Assembly: GCA_010093705.1 (NCBI GenBank) | Contig: MU006091.1 | Coordinates: 1,426,001-1,490,000 of the forward strand | Source: Patellaria atrata CBS 101060 | Taxonomy: Eukaryota | Length of the DNA stretch: 64,000 nt | Direction: 5' to 3' | In this document: positions 12,075-25,246 of the stretch, one piece after another | Layout of the letters: every line of letters begins with the position of its first letter | How positions within the stretch are numbered: position 1 is the stretch's first letter | Translations under genes and position numbers: made by a program | The notes under the pieces: generated by a model | The model's input: only the letters and a program-made list of their open reading frames with translations | The model's database searches: none | Told to the model about the DNA's origin: nothing

Positions 12075-13826
12075 TCACCGTTTCGTCTTCTTACTAGCCG
12101 GCCCCTCCTCCTCATCGCTCAACTCCGCATAAAGCGTCCGCGGCTGCGTCTCGCTCCACGCGCTTGTAAACAACGGCTCCTTAGTCGCCTTATCCGCATA
12201 CCGCAGCAGGGCGGCCCTGGGATCCTCATCCCGCATCGAGCTGAGCGGAATATTTTTCTTGATATGCTGCGCGTCGGGCTGGCTCTTCGCGAACGGCGTC
12301 ACGGCCGGGACGTGGGGCCGTCTGGGATCCCTCGACTTGCCCGAGGCCGTGAGGCCGATGGTGGGGTGGCGGGCTGCGAAAGTGGCGGCCGCGTTGCTGG
12401 CCCCGGTAAGGGCGCCGCCTGGCGTGATGATCGAGTCGCCGGATAGGCCTTGTGTTAGATCCATTGTTAGGTTGGGGTCGTCGTCGATGTGGCGGCGCTT
12501 GGGCGCTTTGGACATGACCATCTTGGCTCCGAGGGTGGAGCTGGTGGGGTTGTAGAGGACGTGTGTCTCGCCGTTCGCGGAGCCGGTGATGATTTGGTTG
12601 AGTTTTTCGTGCCAGAGGACTGTTATCACGGAGCTGTTGAGGGCGATTGGGGTTACGAGTTCGGGTCTGAGAGTGGCCGGGTTGAGGATGTGTAGATGCC
12701 CGGTCTCGGATCCTGTTATGACGTTTGACGAGGTAGGCGAGAATCGAATGTTGGATGTTGGGTACTGAGAAGATGTCGACGGATGAGAGACGGTGGTTAT
12801 TGGAGCCTTGAATTTACGGGTATCCCATAGCTTGATAGTATCGTCACCACCGCGTGTAATCACCAACCGCCCATCACGACTGATATCGAGACCTCCCGTC
12901 CATGTATCTTTTACATGTGCGTCTCTTATCTCAGCTGCTGGACGAGTATAAGGGCCATCCCCGCCCCACATAACCAAGCTCCCATCAAGCGCAGCTCCGA
13001 CCAGGACGCTACCATTGCCTTCAGAAGACGCTCCCCAAGCTACTGCAGTCATTCGAGTCCTGCCTGCAGAGCCAGCAGCCCTTGACTTATGAACGATAAC
13101 ATCTCTCTGACCTCGCCTATTATTGACGTCCCAGATGCGAAGCGTACTATCTGTGCCAGCCGTAACGCAAAGATCTCGATTGGTAGGATGCCAAGTCCCA
13201 GCGGTGACCTCTGAAACGTGTCCCTTGGTGTTATGCATGTCTCGAAGGTACATATCCCCCTTGACAAACTCGATGAGCATGTCGCCATCACGGCTGAATA
13301 TCTTAGCCTGCGGGAGAGCTGTAACGACAAGCATTTGGCCGGGAGACAAGGGGTTGAAGGCTACTTGGTGGACCGGGTGCGTTTCTGCGTTTGAAGAGCC
13401 TTTGGTTGCGGAAGGGTCTACAGACCGGAACGAACGGATCGTCGAGGGGGTCATGGATGCAAAGTCATGCAACTTCAACGTACAGTCGGTCGAGCCAGTC
13501 ACTAAACGTGAACCTGAAGGGTCGATGGTCGCTGTAGTTATTGCTCGTTCGTGCGTCTTGATTATTAGCTCGTGGGAAACGGGGAATTCGTCGTCTTCAT
13601 CATCGTCGTCGTCCTCATCCTCATCCTCATCTTCCTCATCACTGTCTCCCCTATATGCTTTGGTATCCTGTTCATTTTTCTGTGCTGTAGGAAGTTGCCT
13701 CCTGGATTTGTCTATCTGTGCTTGCACATCTGCTCCCTTCGACTGTTTTCCGAATGACGTTGGGAAGAATTCTTTCATCGCATCGTCATCCTCTATCGAG
13801 TAGTCATCATCGTCTCGAGAGGCCAT
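12075..13826 (-). CDS. WDR70: WD40-repeat protein, WDR70/GAD-1 family
   Basis: 583-aa single-exon ORF. N-terminal FPTSFGK, acidic tract, WD repeats, KGDMYLRDMHNTKGH, and C-terminal EDPRAALLRYA, typical of WDR70. Confidence 0.88.
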   Translation of the reverse strand: MASRDDDDYSIEDDDAMKEFFPTSFGKQSKGADVQAQIDKSRRQLPTAQKNEQDTKAYRGDSDEEDEDEDEDDDDDEDDEFPVSHELIIKTHERAITTATIDPSGSRLVTGSTDCTLKLHDFASMTPSTIRSFRSVDPSATKGSSNAETHPVHQVAFNPLSPGQMLVVTALPQAKIFSRDGDMLIEFVKGDMYLRDMHNTKGHVSEVTAGTWHPTNRDLCVTAGTDSTLRIWDVNNRRGQRDVIVHKSRAAGSAGRTRMTAVAWGASSEGNGSVLVGAALDGSLVMWGGDGPYTRPAAEIRDAHVKDTWTGGLDISRDGRLVITRGGDDTIKLWDTRKFKAPITTVSHPSTSSQYPTSNIRFSPTSSNVITGSETGHLHILNPATLRPELVTPIALNSSVITVLWHEKLNQIITGSANGETHVLYNPTSSTLGAKMVMSKAPKRRHIDDDPNLTMDLTQGLSGDSIITPGGALTGASNAAATFAARHPTIGLTASGKSRDPRRPHVPAVTPFAKSQPDAQHIKKNIPLSSMRDEDPRAALLRYADKATKEPLFTSAWSETQPRTLYAELSDEEEGPASKKTKR

Positions 13827-14299
13827 CTCGAGATCCGTTGTAGAATGAGAAAATGCTGTCGAGAAATGGAATATGAGTAAAAACCATGGTATATAGCTCC
13901 ACGAACAGGGGTTCTGGTGGCGTCATGTTTGTAGCGTTTGCAATGGTCCAGCACTGTTGTTTGGCCTTCATGCCTCAAAGACATAGTTATTATTGCCTAT
14001 TTTCCGTTATACACTTTAAATATATATGATAAGAAACTACTGACATGAGGCCATACCCTTAGTCTCATTCAACACTGAAAGGAAGCCTACAGTCTCTCAT
14101 ACTATGAACAACCCTTGAAAACAAAGCACATTGGGTGTCCTTTCCACAAATATTTGCATAGAATAGCTTTGATATGACTCCGCTAGAAATAAACTTATGG
14201 GTATTACAACACCTGCCCTATAAACAATCCCTAGCATTCCCACCTCCAGCGCCACGCTGATGCTCTTACCTCTTCAATTCAACCCAAAAGCGTCCTCCC

Positions 14300-17137
14300 T
14301 TACTCCGAAACGTAAAGCAACATATCCCTATCCTCTTCGATATCAAACCCGGAACTCCCCGAATCACCGTCAACCTCATCGTCCACTGCCAACTCCTGCT
14401 CTCTAAGAACGCTATCATCGTTAGTACTGTCGTAACCAAGACTCTCTCCACTCGCCAACGGACTCCTAACCCGAGGTCTCTGCTTCAGGCCTTGTTTACT
14501 TCTTTCGTAACTTTGCAATCCGCTGGAATCGCTCATGTCTCCACCTTCCCAGCTAGGAGGCCTATCCCTCGACCCCCTTGGCGTCGCAGGTCCACTTTGC
14601 GTCTCTGCCCACTGCTGACTCGGGCTCACTGGACTTGAACTCCTTGCCGGACTCCCAGGCGAGGGGCTATAGGGAATCTTGAACACGCTGTGGGAGCGTT
14701 GCATCATCTGTTGCAAAACCGGCAATTCCAGGCTCGAATTGCCTGACCTGACGAAAAGAACTAGTCCAAGACATAGCAGGAGTAGAGTCGACTGCACAAC
14801 CGCCATCCTCTTCTGCCACACCAACTCCTCTGCCATGAGAGTCAACCTCGTACTAACCGCCAAAATCTCCTGCTGATGCAATTCACGATGATTCTCCAAC
14901 TCAATAACCGTAGATTGCCATAGCTGGTCGTATTGCTGTCTGAAAATCTTCAATTCGGCCATGACTGAATTATTGAGGTGGTCGAGGAAAGTTTCCGTTT
15001 TGCCGAGTTGTCGTTTTTCGACTTTCTGGAAGGCGTCCCGGAGGATGCGGGATTGTTCTTCGATGTACTGCAGAGAGAGCGTGGAGTTGGATTCGAGGAG
15101 CTGGAGGCGCTTATGGATGGATTTAAAGAAAGATTCTTGAGTTGTGGGGGAAGGGGGTGGTGGATGGCTGGGTGAGGATGCTTGTCGAGGTGCATCTTGG
15201 GCTGTGGACAATGAGCCACCAGATGAATCGGAAGTATTCACAATGTGCGTAGTGCTGATAGACGTCTTTCTTGTGATAGAACTTGCTACTTTTGCAGTTG
15301 AGCTGTCACCAGCCTGAGTAGAGGGCTTCTCGTTCACCCTTTGAGCAGTGCTGCTTGTGCTCGTAGACTTGTTTGTGGATTTAGTTTTTTTGCTCTCCTC
15401 TGATCGGGACGTAGATGGGATATCGTTCGAAGAGCTCGGACTAGATGGTTTTCCAGACTTTGCTCCCGCAGCGGAGAGAACTGATGCAGGGACAGTTAAA
15501 TTGGCAAGCTCAATAGGAATTACCAGCACGGCCATGTTTTCCTCGTTGGAGTTGTTCCGAGCACTTTCTTGATTGCCGGTCTCTGTTGGGGAACGAGGTA
15601 CCCCTGCTCCGTCCGCAGGGGTACTTGGGGAGGGCTCTACGCCGCTCTCATCAATTTGTGAAGAATCAGTCTCCTTGCTCTCCGGGACTCCATGCTGCGT
15701 GTTGTCATCCTCCATCTGCTCCTCAATCACAGGAGTGTCAGCACTGTGAACAGCTTCACTCTCCATCTCCTCAACAATACTCTCCTCCTCATCCTCCTCC
15801 CCTCTGGCTAACTCCTCCTGAGCACGAAACTCCTCCATCATAGTAGTCCCATGAACCCTAAGCAGACTAAGCGGACAATAGTACTCATTCCCATAATGAG
15901 ACAAGAACTCCACCCTTAAATACCTCGCCCAGATCAAAGGATTCTCAATCAAAAAAGGTTGAATATCTCTACTATTCCTCGCCTGAAAAGTTCCAAGCTC
16001 TTTCCATCGATCCATCTTCACCGGATACCGATCAGAGACGCTGACCTTAAAAGTCCGGAACATCGAACTGAAAAATTCGTAATTCGCGAGCACGACTGTG
16101 TCGACCAAAATATCTTCACAAAGCTCCACGATGACGAACTTATTGGCGGCGGAACAGACGTTCAGCATATAACTGTCCTTGTTCTCCACCAAGACAGAGG
16201 ATGATCCTTTGGATTCCTGGTTCGTCTTGAGAACAGTAGCAGCGCAGTCGAAGGACGCATAGTTAAACCGTTCTTTGCAGGTCTTCCCAGCATCCTTCCT
16301 CGGCCTTGTGCTAGATGCAACACGCTCTTGTGTTTCGCTATCTGACCCAACAGTTGACGCTCTAGATAACGAGCTCGTTTGAGCGGACCTGGCAGGAGCA
16401 GCAGCATCTGACTTATCAGAACCACCAAACCCTGCAAAGTCAAGGTCTATCTCTAGATCCTCCCCTAGCCCATCAAGGGCATTGTTGATGTTCACCGGTC
16501 TTCGTCGTGGTTGTTCATTGTCTGATCCACCTCTTCCCTGACCCAAAGTATCCGGAGACTGTCCTGACTTGGCGAGATTCTGCTTCTTCCACTCCTCGAA
16601 CGATAGGAAATTTGCATTGTCGAGCGGCGAGTCGGTCTCGCTCTCAAAGTCTTCGGATGTTGCGGTGGCAGTGCTAGATGTCGTGGAGGAGCTGTGTGAA
16701 GCGCTCTGGGAAGGGTTCCCTGTGACGTTAGTGAGGTCGGATTGTGCGGATTTTGTAGAAGCTGTTGCTATTTGATCAACAGCTCCAGCAACTGATGTAC
16801 TGGACACAGAGTCTATCACAGACTCCGATACTTCCACTCCACTGGAAGCGTCCACGCCAGTCACCCTAGCATCCAGCTCCGTTGTAGGAACAGTATAATT
16901 CTCGCCAGCGGTCGATCTAGCATGGCTCGCTGTCCAATTTTCCCTCAAACACTGCTGCGGAAGCGTATGTGTGATATAATTGACAGTCCTAAACTGACAG
17001 GTACGTGTTGGGGTCCCACCTATAGGCGTCGTCGTAACCAGCGATCGTGCAGTCGTCTCATTCGTGGCCTGCACGAGGACTATAACGGCAGCAAAGAGGA
17101 ATATCCGGGAGAGAACATTTCGGCCAAGCTGTGGCAT
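14300..17137 (-). CDS. SLP1: SUN-like (Sad1/UNC-like) ER membrane protein SLP1
   Basis: Long ORF. The first ATG gives a signal-like MPQLGRNVLSRIFLFAAVIVLVQA; contains RFNYASFDCAA, ANYEFFSS, YCPLSLLRVHG, ESNSTLSLQYIEEQS and a C-terminal TM helix. Confidence 0.9.
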   Translation of the reverse strand: MPQLGRNVLSRIFLFAAVIVLVQATNETTARSLVTTTPIGGTPTRTCQFRTVNYITHTLPQQCLRENWTASHARSTAGENYTVPTTELDARVTGVDASSGVEVSESVIDSVSSTSVAGAVDQIATASTKSAQSDLTNVTGNPSQSASHSSSTTSSTATATSEDFESETDSPLDNANFLSFEEWKKQNLAKSGQSPDTLGQGRGGSDNEQPRRRPVNINNALDGLGEDLEIDLDFAGFGGSDKSDAAAPARSAQTSSLSRASTVGSDSETQERVASSTRPRKDAGKTCKERFNYASFDCAATVLKTNQESKGSSSVLVENKDSYMLNVCSAANKFVIVELCEDILVDTVVLANYEFFSSMFRTFKVSVSDRYPVKMDRWKELGTFQARNSRDIQPFLIENPLIWARYLRVEFLSHYGNEYYCPLSLLRVHGTTMMEEFRAQEELARGEEDEEESIVEEMESEAVHSADTPVIEEQMEDDNTQHGVPESKETDSSQIDESGVEPSPSTPADGAGVPRSPTETGNQESARNNSNEENMAVLVIPIELANLTVPASVLSAAGAKSGKPSSPSSSNDIPSTSRSEESKKTKSTNKSTSTSSTAQRVNEKPSTQAGDSSTAKVASSITRKTSISTTHIVNTSDSSGGSLSTAQDAPRQASSPSHPPPPSPTTQESFFKSIHKRLQLLESNSTLSLQYIEEQSRILRDAFQKVEKRQLGKTETFLDHLNNSVMAELKIFRQQYDQLWQSTVIELENHRELHQQEILAVSTRLTLMAEELVWQKRMAVVQSTLLLLCLGLVLFVRSGNSSLELPVLQQMMQRSHSVFKIPYSPSPGSPARSSSPVSPSQQWAETQSGPATPRGSRDRPPSWEGGDMSDSSGLQSYERSKQGLKQRPRVRSPLASGESLGYDSTNDDSVLREQELAVDDEVDGDSGSSGFDIEEDRDMLLYVSE

Positions 17138-18057
17138 TGCTTGGGCGCATCGTCGGACCACAGGAAAGATATGAACAAAGACGTCGCCAGCTGTAGAACC
17201 AGAAGCTGCAGTACTGTACGACTTTTCCTCTCTGTTCTGTGGTATGAGTTTTGTGGGCGGAGGTTCGAAGAGAACAACTTATTAAACTCCGCCCTCTTTG
17301 AGGGAAGCTTGGGTTTGTCCTCTTTGAGAAATTCTGCGGCGATCCCCGCTATCGACAAATCCCGAGCTCACTCACCTTACAATTTGGGGTGCGCCACGCT
17401 GGCCACATTTCACTTTTCACCCCGGGATGGCAATGGAATAAGCAACAATCTTCTTGAATATATATAAATCTCATTTTACGAGATCCTCCAATATAATTAC
17501 ATATAAAGTTCTAATACAAGTACAAAACTTTTCGTAGCATCGTAATGTCATGGGCGCACTTTAAAACACCGTTGTGAACACTTTTCTATCAGATGGACGG
17601 ATATGCGGTGTGTTCGGCGGTCAGAAGACACACGTAGACCGTCTCATATCCAAATCCTTTTCGAATAAAAGATGTAGTTAAGAATAGAACATAAAAAGAT
17701 ACCCAAAGCTTCACCGTTCACAGCGAGCGTGCCGCCCTGATTCGATCCTATCCCACCCAGCGCGCAGATCATATGTCGACACTGTCTTTCAGAGTACCAC
17801 ACCGGGTCTATCGTATCGTTTACCTTTACTCTACACTCTAAACTCCCAGAAACACCTTGCATAGCTAACCTGTCCGAACGAGAAGAAGAAAAGATGGGGG
17901 TATGGTTCAAAGATGCACCACATGTATAAACATAAAGCCGTGAAGTCATGCTGCACGCTAAAAGATTTAGTGAGAAGCAGCTTGATAGAAAGCCGAGAGT
18001 TTTAATGAGTGGCCCGAAAAGCTCATGACGTCTGTGATCAGGTGAGGAGGTTTAGTG

Positions 18058-19700
18058 TTAGAAGCCTTCATTACCGGCACGGCAAACTTGTATTTCTTTA
18101 ACCCACTCTGAGAGTAATACTTGATGAGCCGTTAATCGACGGTTCGGGTTTGGGTCGAGAATAGAGTAGACCACGTTTCGACATTGACGCTATTCATTAT
18201 GTCAGCAATTTATACCCCAGACTGGGGTTTTAGGTAGAAACTGACCCTCTTCAAGACCTCAATGGGATGGTACCCAGACTCCTCCCGACGGTCTTCTAGA
18301 TATCTTGTAAAGAACTCGTCTTCGCCTTTGCGTGCAACTCTCCAGAGGTGCCTGCCACTGCGCATGGCCATGTAGATGATCCCGCAAGCCCACACATCAA
18401 CAGCTCTCGGATCAAACTCCTGGTCGATATATTCTTCCGGAGCGATGTATGGAGCAGATCCACAGAGACCGGCGGTCATGTGAGCTTCCTTTTCCCACGC
18501 CATGCGGAAGCATTCACCATTACCAAAATCGGTAATCTTGATACTTCCGTGAGAGGTAAGAAGAAGGTTTTCGGGCTTCAAGTCACGATGAGCAACACCC
18601 ATCTCGTGCATATACTCCACACCACGCATGAGCTGCTTGAAGAAGCAATCAGCTTCTAAGACTTCCAAGGTACCGGCGGTAAGGATAAGTGTGTAAAGGT
18701 CACCACCGGCGCAGTACTCCATGACCTCGCAGAAGTCACCTTTGTCGTCCTTGAGCAGATCCAGGGTATGAATGACGTTCGGATGTTGCATTGAGGAAGA
18801 AATGCAAAACTCGGACGTAAGGCGTTTTTGGTATTTCTTGTCAGATTCCCCGGGACGTTGTCTGAATTCCTTAACGGCAAAAAGTTGTTCTCTCCTGGGA
18901 TCTTTCGCATCCGTCTTGTGAGCTACACGGACGATACCAAATGCACCACGACCAACAACTTCTTGGCACTTTCCATATTTCTGGACGAGAGACATTGTCG
19001 CGTTAGGTCCACCCTTTTGATCAGCGGCCATCTTGTCCTTTTCGTTGCGGATCTGATCAACCCAGCTAGCCATCAGACTTAACGGCGGGTCTTCTCCATC
19101 CTTTCGTTTCCTGCCCATCAAGTCCTGGAAGATATTGGTGAGTTTCTCATTTCGCTTCTGTACCTTGAGGTGATGCTCGTGATTGCCATCTTCCGTCATC
19201 CAGAAACGGGACGACACAGCTGTCGGCGCATCGTCCTTCTTCTTTATGCTGGCACTCTTGGTCCTCTCGATACTGTTCTTTTTTGCTTCGCTGTAAGAGC
19301 CTTGTCTGGCAGGCACAGCTTTTGTGCCATTCAAGGAGGGTGTCCCATTGCGCGTGAAATTTTCCGCGGCCTTTTCGACAAGGGCTTCTGTACTTGCGTC
19401 TCTCGACGAATCAGGTTCGCGACTTCTGAACATGCCGCTGATGCGAGCTGTCATCGTGGGCTTCTTCTGAGGAATAGGTCTTGTGAGCGAGTCGCCATTG
19501 GGAGTCGGCGCACTCGAAGGTATGGATGCGCGTTGCTGTGGGGGCGGAAGAGCGAAGTTTCCATCTTGAGAGTGTAGGGAGGATGTTGATGCTGAGGGGA
19601 CGGGTGAAGCGGCAGGTCTGGTCGGAGCGCTGCTTGGAGGGGACTTCTTGGCCGGTTGCCGAATTGGTTGAATACTTGTTTGCTCTATCGTTCCAGCCAT
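18058..19700 (-). CDS. SAT4: HAL-family Ser/Thr protein kinase (Sat4/Hal4-like), 2 exons
   Basis: [44 protein letters not shown]. Intron 18190-18245, then last exon [13 protein letters not shown]...AGNEGF*. Confidence 0.88.
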
Positions 19701-22700
19701 GGAATGTAAGATGCTGTCGTGAGAAGTTACTTGCAACTGTACAGAGAGTAATAAACTATCTGGCGAGAACAATGCTCGCGGTTGGGCAAAAGCCCGGGTT
19801 GGTGTGTGAGGTTGACTGGCAGAAAATGGCGACGCTGTTGAAATTCGGCTCGTGGCGAAGTTGATTTGATGACAGTCAGAGACTGCCTGGAGACTTTCGT
19901 AGAATTGAAAGTCTCAGTTGGATGATGCAGTTGCTGCGGAAGGCAAAATCCTTGGCGGCTTGATTTCCCGAGAACGGGATTTGCGTGTGACGGGGAAGGG
20001 TCTTTGTGAGGAAGAACCGTAACTGGGTGAAGGTTGACTCTTGTCCTATGCTGACAAACTTATAACGACGTCAACCTGGAACCTCGAGAACTTGGTTGGG
20101 CTCTGCGCAAGACGATCGCAAAAAGGTGTAAGATTCACCCCGTCTTCTAGGCTTTTGATTTTTTGAAAGTTCAGATGAGTGTGGAAAATGTTGGGAATAT
20201 TTTCGAAAGCGTTTTGCAAAGGAAAAGAGAAAAAAAAAAAAAAAAAAAGGTACGGTGCGATAGCAGGGTGAAGACAAAGCGAGACTGACGCTGAACCGCG
20301 GGAGGGATATTCCAAACAGAAGGTCCTTTTGAGAGGAAGAAAAAGCTGGGTGCCCCACGAGGCCGGCTGCGGGGTTTTCAATAGTTCTTCAGGTTGGTGA
20401 ATAGGTAGTCAAAGGTACTGGACGTTAGGGTTAAACTACTGTCAGAGCCATTTGGTGACGGGAGCGGTGGGCTCAAGGCTCAAATTAGTAGGGGAAAGAC
20501 TAAAGGGTCTTCGGGTGATCAGGAAAAGACACTCCCTTCTCTCACTCATCAATAAGGTAATCTTCACGCTTGCTGCTGTAGGAGGCTTGCTGGCTATTCG
20601 TTCCAAGTTCCAGCTGCTTGTTCTGCTAAACTAGGGCTTGGAATCTTGATTTAGATTTTAAACGAATCTGTTATTCCTGGCTCTGTTTCGTTTCAATTTA
20701 AGGATAAGCTCGAACAACCATCCGACTATTCAGACAAGGTGGACTAGAACTAACTAAATACCCTACTGTCCGCGGCACGCAATAGGCGACCTGAATACGG
20801 GAGGTACACCTGTCCCCTTTGTTGTAACAAGGCCATGCCTTCAAAGGACACTTGCAGTATCTTTCGAAGAAAAGGCGAGAAAGATAGGGCGGGAAGAAGA
20901 GGTGAGATGCGGCCATTGTTTCTCGATATCGATTCAACGTCGTCGTTGTCGTTCACGCAATTTACGCCTGTGAGAGCGGCTGGTGCTCAAAGCGACGTTT
21001 TTAATTGGCGGCGCTTTGAGAAGAAGGCGATTGAAGAAACAAAGACGTCACGGAAATCCCATCAGGCACACTCCGCATTATCATTTTCTTCTTCTCTATT
21101 TCCACACAACATACGTTAGAACTACTGTACTGTACACATGGTACAACGGTCGGCGTCTCTGGGAGTTACCGCATATGCAGAATGCAGTGTTATGTGTGAA
21201 ACATTCAAGCAAGTACTGTACTTTGCTTTACTGTACAAGCTAAGGTATTGCTTCTGCTATCTTCCTGTGCTGTACCGTATAAGCAGTAGACGCATGGCGG
21301 TCGATTCAAGGATTCCAACCGCGTCGTCCACGAGCAAGTTCATGAGTAGTTCAACATAGTCCAACACATGTCATGGCTGATTGACCATCTCACCACGTGG
21401 ATGATGGCACTATGGAACACGGGACAAGACCGACATTGACGGCAAGGACGGACAAAGAACGATGGAAATCGGATCAATCACTCGGAAGGGACTTGGACTT
21501 GACTCGGTCGGATGAAGGTGTTTCAATATAAACATAAGGTAATCCAACATCTCCAATATTGCTCGAGCCTCGCGGACTGGTGAGGTTTCGATATTCAGCA
21601 TGTGAGAAGCTCCTTCATCGGCAGAACATCTGTAGGCTAGAACTAGAGCATCAACTCCATTACCTATTCTGCAGCAAGCCGACGCCTGGCCCAAAAGCCA
21701 GGACCACCTCTCTGGAAGATGGGAGCCGTGTAAGGCGAGAGGTGTAACCTTATTGCCGTACAAAGTGCATTTGGAATGGTACAAAGGGTAAGATAGCTTA
21801 TGGTATCAACTCATCACCACATCATAAGGTAGCTATCGATATCTTCTGCACCGGGCTGCTCCGACTTCAGGAAAGTTACGGGATCCATCGTGCATTCGTA
21901 TGTCTTTTTCTGGTGTTCGGACGACAAGCATTGCAGCTCTGCCTTTGAACCTTGATAGCCTCCGAAAATGCAGGCAGGTGGGTTATTCTCAACGAGACTC
22001 ATGAGAGGATGAAGTGAAAATGCACCGCTTCCACTGTCCTATTCCCATCTTGTTCGCCAGTGAGATGCCGGAGCCCGCACCAGTTAAAAAATCCCTCATG
22101 CAAAAGCTTCTACAGGTGCATATGCAAGCAGCAAAGCACGATGCATCTCACACATTCGCTCACTGCACCTTAAGCTGCACCTCACTCTCTATTCGAACAA
22201 CCACAGTCGCCCCTGGGCCACTGGTTCGCCCGGGTCGCACACCCTACAAAAAAAGAACAGGCCGCACAGTAGTAAGTGTACGGCAGAAACGTCTTTGGGA
22301 TTATCTGTTATCAGATTCCGCTGCGCGACTACGTTACACGCGCATCTGCAAAAGGATCTTCCCCATATTGCAATCATCAGGCCGACAAGTGATAGGCGCG
22401 CCTTCTCGTAATCTGGGGCCATCAGCTTCCCAAATCTATGCTTCATTGCTTCAAGCTGCCTCGAGGCCTGCCATCGCGGAATATGGACTGCTGACCCGAT
22501 AGCATGCAGCTCCATGAAGTAACAGATAAAAGCACGCCATTTTCCACTTCTCCACGGCTGGTTTCCCACCAATTGAATAATTCGCAGATCCTTTTGATAA
22601 ACATACCTTTAGGTGTAGGTATTGACCTTGAGAATGAAAAAGAGCACCAAGTCTTTCTACTCAACGCCCATTTAGTCATAGCTCGTCTCCGTTAAAAAAT

Positions 22701-22913
22701 AGAAATGTCCAGTGCTGAACACGATGAATAGCACCCCTCGAGTCCAGCTCGGAAGTAACCATATATGGTAATGTGATTTTAGGAGTCCTTTTGGGTACCT
22801 CCTCCGCCGTCTGTAACGGCTTGCATGTTCTCACGTGCCTTGTCCAGTAACCTTGAGAATCCAGGTCTAGACTCTTGACCAGACTCATCGTGATCGATGA
22901 TGTTCTCGTTTTC

Positions 22914-25246
22914 TCAGATCGTTTCATTGTTCTCTACTCGTCGGGTGAGGTACAGCGTAGCACTCCTACCTTTAGCAGCAAGGATGCGTTGCACCTCTTC
23001 CTGGTAAGCCATCTCATAGACATTGCCTTCGACAGCGCCTGGAGATTCACTGACAACATGGAACGATCCAGCAGTTGAATCCGAACCTGGGGAAGAAATA
23101 AGATCCAGGAATAGAGTGTCCTCCAGCGGATTGTGTGCTTGCCCCTTCCCCTTCGCTACCCTATGGTCATTAGCTGCCTCTCTTGCTGTAAGCGGCGGCT
23201 TGTTCTTCCGCTCCTTGACTGAGGGGTGGGGATGATCTATAGCAGGGATAACCTCCTTGTTGGACTTGTCATCCTGTGTGATGGCAACATTATCCAACTC
23301 TTTGGGTAGACGCATCAGGTCATCAGAAACTGGAATCTCACGATGAACACCTTCAGTAGTCAACGCTGTCTCCACTCGTCTCCTGTCGTCTGCATCGCTG
23401 CTACGAGACTTGCGTAAAAATTTATCTGGACGCATCGATTGGGGTGGTTGCACAATTCTCGAGGCTCGACCGAAGATACCTTCCATTAACTCCGGCCGTT
23501 TGCGTAACAGTAAGCCCTTAAATCTCTTCACCGCTCTCATCTGTAACGTACGTTAATATACCTTTGAGACTTTCTGGAAACATGTGAACGTACCACAACC
23601 ATTAGATGGCTCATGTTACCTGTAATAGCGTCGTTCAATTCCGCGTCCGTGGGTGCTCCAACGATAACCGACACATTCTCTTCCTTCGACAGAAGCGGGT
23701 CTTTTCCTCTCTTTGTTACCCAAGGGTGAACCTACGAGTTGTTAGCCTCTAGTTATGCAGTGCTCGAAATCAAAAAGCGAACCCGAAGCTCCGGAATTTT
23801 GATCCTCTTGGCAGGGTCCTTCTCTAGCAACCTATACATTAAATCGATGAAGTCTTCGTTGGAGTCAGATCCACAATCTGGCTTGTCATGTCTGATCGAT
23901 TCGTAAAGCTCGATAACGCTTGTTCTCTCGAACGGAATGTGCCCATAGCGGAGGCAAAAAAGACATACACCCATGGACCATATGTCAGCCGCCCTCCCAT
24001 CCACATGGCCGTGTTTGGCAACACAGAGTTCTGGGGGCATGAAAGCAGGAGAACCAGCTGACTTTGCAGTCTTCATGTCTTCAACCTTTTCAAACATCTC
24101 AGAGACTCCGAAGTCGACGAACTTGAGTACATCGTCTTTCGTAATCAAGCAATTATCCGGTTTGATATCTCTGTGAATGATGCCTTGTTCGTGTACTACA
24201 TAAGCTCAGCGTCAGCTCTGTGTGTATAACGGGAGATATGGGCACTTAAGACCCACAGTATTCCAAACCCAAGATCATATCACGAAACCAACATCGGCAG
24301 CTTTCTTCATCATAAGGATCTGCTTTTTCACCTAACCCTACTTTCATCACAACTCCCTTCTTGCACATTTCAAGCACCATGTAAAGCGAGTCTTCCTCTG
24401 GGTCGTCTAAAACTTCTACAAGTGCGACCACATTAGGATGATTGAGCTTCTTCATAATCGCAATCTCTTCCTTGATTAAGTCCAGAGAGTTGTTCGGTTC
24501 CTTATCTGAGCTAGAATGTCGGTGGAGAGGGGAATTGAAACCGAAATTCGCGGCAAGTTGGTTGTTCCGCCGTCGTGCATCTGGACGCCTTAACAAATTT
24601 GACTGTGCACGCTTGCGAAGTCGTGATTTTGAGAATTCCTTGACAGCCTTAAGAAAGGAAGTTCATTAGCCCTTCATCTTGTATGTAGACTGTCGTCGCG
24701 ACACCAACTTCGATTCCTGCATACATCGGAAGCCATTACGGCTGGTGCCCGGCTGGGATCCTCACATATTCGTGCCCATATTGATCCACAGCTAAATGCA
24801 CAGCTCCAAATGAGCCTCTGCCTATCTCTTGTTTGATCACATATTGATTTATGCGGTGTTCAGCTGTGCCGTCATCTTCACTGTTGCTATATTGTGATCT
24901 GGCATTGAGCGTAGTCTGTCAAGTATACCGTCAGAATCTGTTCAATTACATCTCCCAGCCACTAATTTTGTCTTGAGTAACTCACTTTGACTTCTCTGGT
25001 GGTCGATGCGGCTCTGCGATGGTGTCGAAGCGGGCTCTGGTAAGCAGGAGCAGAGCTAACACATGGCGTTGAGGTATCAGTCTAAACGTATATACTCCAG
25101 GTAGCTCATTAATCATCTTACACGTGCTTGACGGTCGGCGGCCGTCCGGCCTCTTCAATCGCTGGTATAGCGAGTGATATTTTCCCTGAGTTGTAAATTC
25201 CAAGGGGTTTGTCGGAGTCTTGCTGAGGTTCGCGATTTTCGGTCAT
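22914..25246 (-). CDS. cmkC: Ca2+/calmodulin-dependent kinase kinase (CmkC/Ssp1-like), multi-exon; C-terminus may extend to 22779
   Basis: Spliced translation MTENREP..QSPLRHHRR..EVK|TTLNARSQY..INQYVIKQEIGRGSFG..AVKEFSK..HRDIKPDN..DFGVSE..AGSPAFMPPE..ADIWSMG. Confidence 0.88.

Noticed and set aside
13123..13803. 226-aa Ser-rich + strand ORF
   Set aside because: Antisense to the WDR70 acidic tract.
19701..19772. TTG-initiated N-terminal extension of SAT4
   Set aside because: Produced by prokaryote-style start calling; 24 codons are unremarkable and there is no evidence of non-AUG initiation.
22014..22572. 162-aa and 127-aa intergenic ORFs
   Set aside because: No motifs or codon bias visible.
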